Assembly (NCBI GenBank): GCA_963575745.1
Contig: CAUYUJ010000002.1
Span: 310,001 to 374,000, forward strand
DNA from: Prorocentrum cordatum
Lineage: Eukaryota
DNA: 64,000 nt
Direction: 5' to 3'
Position 1 is the stretch's first letter. Each line of letters begins with the position of its first letter. Made by a program: the position numbers and the translations under genes. The notes under the pieces are model-generated. The model was not told where the DNA came from and ran no database searches. It was given only the letters and a program-made list of their open reading frames with translations. Shown in pieces: positions 58,201 through 64,000 of this stretch.

Positions 58201-61200
58201 CGAATTCATTCTCGGCATCGGGGGCATGCCCACGGACAACTCATGAGGTACTCGAAGAACGGGCGCCCCAGCAAGTCCACGGCTGCCAGGGGATTCGGGG
58301 GCCATCTCGGCCACTGGGGCTGGCGGGAGATCGCCTACGAGTGGCAAAGGACCTACAGGCAGCCGGCGCCACAGACCAGGAGGAGATCCGTCAGCCGAAG
58401 ACGGTAGCCAGGACTCATCGAACCGATCTTCTGGAGGCCTGCGCGCCCCCGGCAGCGGCCCCAGCAAGGAAGTGGGGGGCATGGGGGGGCGTCATCTCGC
58501 GCATGGGACAATTCAGCACGTTCGTCTTCAATAAGAATACGACAGTCGTCAAGGCGAAGGAACAGATCATGAAGGGGAGATCAAGATGGATACATGCGTC
58601 GCCTCCGCGCGCCCCGCTCTCAGCACTCCAGAACGGACGACCCAGCGCAGTGGAGTCGCAAGATCGACTGGTGAAGTTGCGGAAGCGGGGTCGCTTAGTG
58701 ATAAGGAGTGCATTGGATGTGCTAGTGCACGTACGGAAGGAGTTGGATGCCGAGATCTCCCTCGAACGCCCACTCACTGTAAGTTCATGGAGGAGCACTC
58801 CAGAGATGTTCGACGCGCGGCAGCAGCTACACGAGCCCATCACCGACGGATGCGGCTGGGGCATGAGGAGTTAACATCGCTTGAGAACTCATCAGGAAGG
58901 GTTGGGGGATACTCACCACCAGTCAGAGACTTGCAGACAGACGACGTGAGAGGTGCACTCGAGATCATCAGCGCACCGTAATAATCGAGACGGGAACAGC
59001 AGATGTGGGTGATACGGCGAAGTATCCGAAGGCAATGTGCAGGAAATGGGCAGCTACCATCATGGAGGAGGACAGCGATGGCTGCTTCGAGCTGCAGAAA
59101 CACATCGCGATGGATCAAGGTGACAGCTTCGGGAATGACGAGGCGTCCGAGGAGGCATTGAAGAACGTTGAATCGAAGGCCATAGAGCTGGTCCAGAAAG
59201 GGCTGATGAGCATTCACGTCAACATGAACTACATGGGCGTCAATGCCATGAGAGCCTATCTCACTCGCAAAGGAGTTCAGCCGTGGGCCATCGCGCTCGC
59301 CGGGAAGCTCAAGTGCAGCATATGCGAGGCGACAATACGTCGTCATCCAATGCCATTTGCAGCAGGAGCACAAGCCGAACCACTCGATGTTTTGCAGATG
59401 GATGGCTTTGACTGGATCCTCCCAATCACCGAGACGCGGGCTAGAGGAACGCTTATGATCGACGAAGGGTCGGCCATGGCAGCCCCAGACATGCGCCCCG
59501 CGGCGCCGATGAAGGGCAACGCCCTGAAGACTCCATCCGGCGTAGTCTGGCAGACGTTCAGCAATGAGTAGGCAAGGTGCTGTGGGAGGCCCCTTCAGAT
59601 AAGGGCGGATCTTGCTAGGGCGTGCCGCGCGAAGATTCTCCGCAAGTCGGCATCAGATCATGGGATCTACTGGGAAGTCGGACCTGCGGAAGCTCACTGG
59701 GAGCATGGAAGAGTGGAGGTCACCACCAGCCTGCTGAAGGTAGCCGCCACCAGGACGGCCACGATGGATCCTGAGGGTCCGATTCAGGAGATCTTCAGCT
59801 GGCGCGCAGCCGCACGCGCCGCGATGTTTCGAGTCTCAGGCGCGTCTCCAGATCAAGTTCTTTTTGGACGTCCGTTGCGACCTGGACTCGCAGCTCACAG
59901 GATCAGTGGCGCAACTACAAGCAGATGCCGAAATAGGATCCAGCGCCGAGCGAGTGGTCAAGAGAAGGATGCCAGCAAGAAAGGCATGCGCTGAAGCACT
60001 GGCCGATCGACAAGCACGTCTAGCAGCGATTTCAAAGACTCGGAGATTCATTGCGCGGGGGACCGGCGAATTGATGTTCTTTAGAACCCGGGGGCAGGAA
60101 CGACCATATAATGATGTCGAAGGGCGAGTTCATGGGACCTGCATTGGTCATCAACCAGTTCTACAGGCACGAGGAGGGCGAGGCCCCCCCCTCGCAACTT
60201 GGTGCTGATTTACTTCAACAATCAGTTGGTCCTGAGCACCCCTCAACAGATTCGAGCATAATCAGAAAACGAAAGAGCACTCTACTCAGTCATGCAGAAG
60301 CCCAAGCCACTGGAACGACGGCCAGTGATGGATGCACTGGACATCGGAGCTAGATACTGGGACCTTAGTCATCAGCCAGCACCAGCAGGAGCAGACCACG
60401 TTCGAGACGAACGAGGAGCACCAGCAGAGGAGCCGGAGGGTCACCCAGAACCCGAAGGAGGAGGGGAAGAGGACGTGCCAATGGAGGAACCCCGCGATGA
60501 TGCAGATGATGCTGAACGAGAAGCCGAGGGAGAAAAAGTGCTCAGTCCAGAGGACTTTCTCAGGAGATTGGCCGAGTATCCAGGACCGGGAGAAGGTGGA
60601 GGATCTGAACCAGACATGGAAGAAAGGCCAGTGACGAGGACAGCCTCGGGCGCTCCGATGCCTGAGACACCGATGCCACCAGGGGCCCCTCAAACAGAAG
60701 AACAACACAGAGAAGCCAGGCCCAGCACAGACTACACTATGAACGCGAACTCGCTTCTGGACGACGCGCCGATCGAGGCGATCTTGGAGAGCCGCCAGAC
60801 CGGCCGCCAGAGAAGATGGCCAGGACCACTGCGGAGCTGTGAGTGTTAGCGATCTTCGCCACATTGAAGGAGGACACAAAGATCTATCTAACGGAGATGG
60901 TTCTGGAAGGCGACGTCCTGGCCGCATTCAAGGAAAAGCCGAAGCAGGTTCTCAAGTGGAAATCACCGTGCGGAAAGCTACTCCAGAGGTGAAGGCGAAG
61001 ATTGCCGAGGCGCGAATGGTGGAGGTCAACAGCTGGACGCGGAACGCAGTTTGTCAAGCGGCACTCAGGCAATCATGAGTCAAGCCTATGAATATGATAT
61101 GGCATCGCATCATGAAGAACGATGGCAAGGCCCGGCCAGGCTGATCCTGCTCGGGTTTCAAGACCCCAGGCTGGTCACGCTCGACCAGTCGAAGTTAACA

Positions 61201-62600
61201 ATTTCGGTCCGAGGAAGGGACCTGGCACTCCATATGGTCGCCAACAAGCACCTGCGCATCTGCAAAGGGGACGTAAAGGCAGCATTCCTACAAGGGGATC
61301 CGACTCAAGCGAAGCATGATCTTCTAGAAGAAACCGCCCCAGAATTACGTGAAGCATTTCAGTTATCGGACGAGGAGTGCGTGAAGATGCTGAAGGCTGC
61401 TTACGGCCTTGTGAATGCGCCCAAGGAGTGGTATGAGAAGGTGGCCAGCGACCTCCCGGAAGTTGGGATGCGTGGCCATGGCGCTCGAACCGTGCCTGTG
61501 GATCAAGTAAAATAAGCACCGGGAGATCGCGACGGTGATCTTCGTGCACGTGCGCGACTTCGTGATCGGGATTCCCGGCAGCGAGATTGGCCAGAAGAAC
61601 CTGATGGAGATTCAGAAGTTGTACAAATGGGGATCCTGGGAAACTGGCTTCATCACCCTGTGCTGCTCAGAGTGCGTGCAGCTGGCCGACTACACTATCA
61701 TTCAGGGTCTGGCCAAGGCAGTGCAGAAGGTGGAATACATTGAGAGCTGAGCAAGGAAGAGCACGCGCTAAATGATGACGTGCCACTGTCCGAGAGCCTG
61801 AAGGTACGGTGCTCGGGGAAGTGCCATGTTCTTGGTGCCAGCAGGAATGGCATGGCTGGAGAAACGAGCACCCTCGGAGGCGAAGTTCCGGCCGAGACCA
61901 TGGCAACCGTCAAACGTGTCAGCCAGCTCGTCCATGCCGCTCATGAGACCTCTTGGATCAACATCACTTGCACACCCATGAAGAATCCCGTCTTTGTTGC
62001 GCGGCGTGATGCAGGTTGAATGGACATAAAGTCTGGAGGCTCACAGGGTGGGATGATCATGGCCATGGCGGAGAAGACGATTTTGGACGGACATCGCACG
62101 GCCGTGTCAGTAATACAAGGAGCTTCAAGGGGACTACCACGTGCGACGAGGAGTTCACTTATTGCTGACATTCAGATGAGGACGATTACAGGCAAGGCGC
62201 AGGAGCACGCCAGACTGGCTTGGTTCGAGGTGCTCGCCGGGAGACCCATCAAGTATCAGGAGATCAGCGAGTGCATTCAGAAGGTTCCCGGGGCGTTGGT
62301 TACCGATTGCAAGGCCATGTGCGACAGCGCGGTGCGAGCATGCGCGTCTGGGCATGGCTGCAACGACCAGCGATCTGCGATCGAAGCCCTCGCGCTGAAG
62401 CAGAGCACGAGGCAGCACTTGCCTCGCTACGGTGGGTGCGCTCGGAGGCAATGGTTGCCGACGGCCTCGCCGAGCTGGAGACCCCAGCGTTGCAGATGAC
62501 CCCAGCGTTGCGTTACAAGCAGGCATGGGCCCTAGTTCAGGATTCCAGTTTTACGCCAGCAGAGAAGAGGAATCTCATGCGCAAGGAAGTTCTGCACAGC
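55276..62600 (+). pseudogene. Copia gag-pol pseudogene with many stops and frameshifts
   Basis: gag: VWDG and zinc knuckle CLICQGPHRAVDCP. PR: AIIDAGAS (~56587). INT: IHVN...CSIC, LQMD, IRAD, AHWEHGRVE. RT: ARLILLGFQDP, GDVKAAFLQG, KAAYGLVNAPKEWY, VHVRDF. RNase H: SQGG, RSSLIAD, VTDCK, MVADGL. Confidence 0.92.
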
Positions 62601-62825
62601 ATGGGCAAGGAGGACAGCAGGCCCCCCGTCATCCCGAGTTTCAGCGACTCGGACCTCGAGGGTGACTTCGAGGATGCGCAGCAGGACAGCCAGCAAATGA
62701 TGAGCCACAGTCTCAGGGCTCACACCTCTTCTTTTGCAGCTCTGTCTCACCTCATTTACTCTCGCACTCTCGTTTCAGGGCTGGCGACTTACAGCTTGAA
62801 TAATAGGGGAACGCTGAACCCCCCG

Positions 62826-63111
62826 TGTCGTAGAACTCGGATTCCCCAGGGAGACATTCATAGGATTTCGGGAACTTCCGACCCGGTACCGTTTCAACGT
62901 TTCAAGGAGATGTCCAGTCCGATTTCGTAATTATTTTCAATGCTCGAGCGTTTTGTGCGCGGTTTCGGATTACATGCTGATTTGGCTCGTGAACGAGCCC
63001 GCCTTTGTCCTGAGGAAAATATCTACCTTACCTATTTCATTGTACAGTTCGGTTGGTATCGACATCGGCCATATCTGCGAACTCTCGCGAGTTACCCCGA
63101 CGAGATCGACA
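62826..63111 (+). repeat. 3' LTR
   Basis: TGTCGTAGAA...GATCGACA, with terminal inverted repeat TGTCG/CGACA. Confidence 0.9.
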
Positions 63112-63788
63112 AGAGATCCATATTGTCCTCCTCCTTGTCCTCCTCCTCGTCCTCTTCCTCCTCCTCCTCTTCCTGCTTCTTCTATTCTCTGTGAGCAAGC
63201 TCCTGCTGTCTCCGCAGCTTCTCTGCCCAAGTGCCCCCCCGTCGGCCGCGCGTGCGGACGCCTTATGCAGGCGGTCGCACAAGCGGCTCTCGGGGGCGCT
63301 GGGGAGATCTTCTTCAGGGGGCTGCGGGCCGCGCTCTACGAGCGGCTCGTGTCTGCCCCCCTCTCTGTGCTTCAGGACCAAGGGCCTCCTGCGCCTGCCT
63401 GGTCCATCCAGCAGGCGGACTCGTCCGAGGGTGAGGGGGCTTACTGCCCCCTCCCTTCGGCGGGTTCCGCCTGCCCCACCGTCTGCCTCGGGCTGGCGGT
63501 GGATCTGAGCGGCGGGGTCTCTCCCTGGCTGCTCAGCACGGTCGTCGCCCTCCTTTGGGTGACGGCCGCGTGCAGCGCCTGCGCAGGCTGCTGCTTCGGG
63601 CTGCTGGGCCCGTACGTGTGGCGGAGGCTCAGGGCCTCCGCCTGGCCGCGCGGTGCGGTTCCTGCTTCCCCTGAGCAGGACCGCCGTGCGGCGCGAGCGC
63701 TGGCTTACGGGGTTCCGCCTCGGCCTCGAGCGCTCGAGCGGGCAGGCGCCCAGCATTCGGGCGGCAGTTCCCACGACAGCGCCCATTG

Positions 63789-64000
63789 ATGGCTGAGCTG
63801 CCACCAGTTGGCGGAGGGCCTCTATGGCCCGAGCTCTACCCATTCGCGGCTCCCACGGCTCGCGATTACGCACGATGGCGCCTAGACGACGGCGACACCA
63901 GCTGGGCAGCTATCCCCCTCGCGTCTCGAGAAGGGGGCATCCTTCTGGCCCTGCCTGGCGCCTTTCGCTCTACGGCGGAGCTCGTGGCTGCCGAGGCGGA
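63789..64000 (+). CDS. Start of an unidentified ORF (3'-partial), possibly a gag-like ORF of another retroelement
   Basis: The ATG overlaps the TGA of an upstream hydrophobic ORF (TGATG, 63787-63791). It reads MAELPPVG...WAAIPLASREGGILLALPG and is open to the window end. Confidence 0.35.
   Translation, partial: MAELPPVGGGPLWPELYPFAAPTARDYARWRLDDGDTSWAAIPLASREGGILLALPGAFRSTAELVAAEA

Larger units (their letters stand above)
54945..63111 (+). mobile_element. Degenerate Ty1/copia LTR retrotransposon
   Basis: Two ~285-bp LTRs, a PBS, and domain order gag-PR-INT-RT-RNase H. Confidence 0.93.

Noticed and set aside
54935..63130. Target-site duplication for the copia element
   Set aside because: The left flank TCCTC does not match the bases immediately after the 3' LTR (AGAGA). 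The nearby TCCTC is part of the microsatellite.

Overview
This is GC-rich, repeat-dominated eukaryotic DNA, almost certainly from a dinoflagellate: a perfect 22-nt DinoSL spliced leader (SL) lies at 44078-44099. The GC content and repeats would fit a Prorocentrum-like genome, but that is inference. The main content is three divergent, co-oriented members of one non-LTR retrotransposon family: A (1-~8228, 5' end outside the window, ORF2 intact), B (13448-20079) and C (44078-50233). Each has an ORF1 with a RanBP2-like zinc finger and a coiled coil, and an ORF2 with APE endonuclease, RT (VVDD), zinc finger, RNase H and a C-terminal HCCC motif. The two copies whose 5' end is visible begin exactly with the spliced leader. 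They end in tandem hairpins without poly(A) and sit in trinucleotide microsatellites with 16-bp target-site duplications (TSDs). ORF2 appears to be reachable only by a +1 shift at the upstream stop. The window also holds a decayed antisense RTE-like LINE with two nested insertions and an old Ty1/copia LTR element (54945-63111) with a DNA-methyltransferase-like insert. Other content: 99-bp and 159-bp satellites, a 2.9-kb tandem duplication, fragments of a ~33-aa-repeat protein gene and long microsatellite fields. All alignments were done by eye, and boundaries of degenerate features are approximate.
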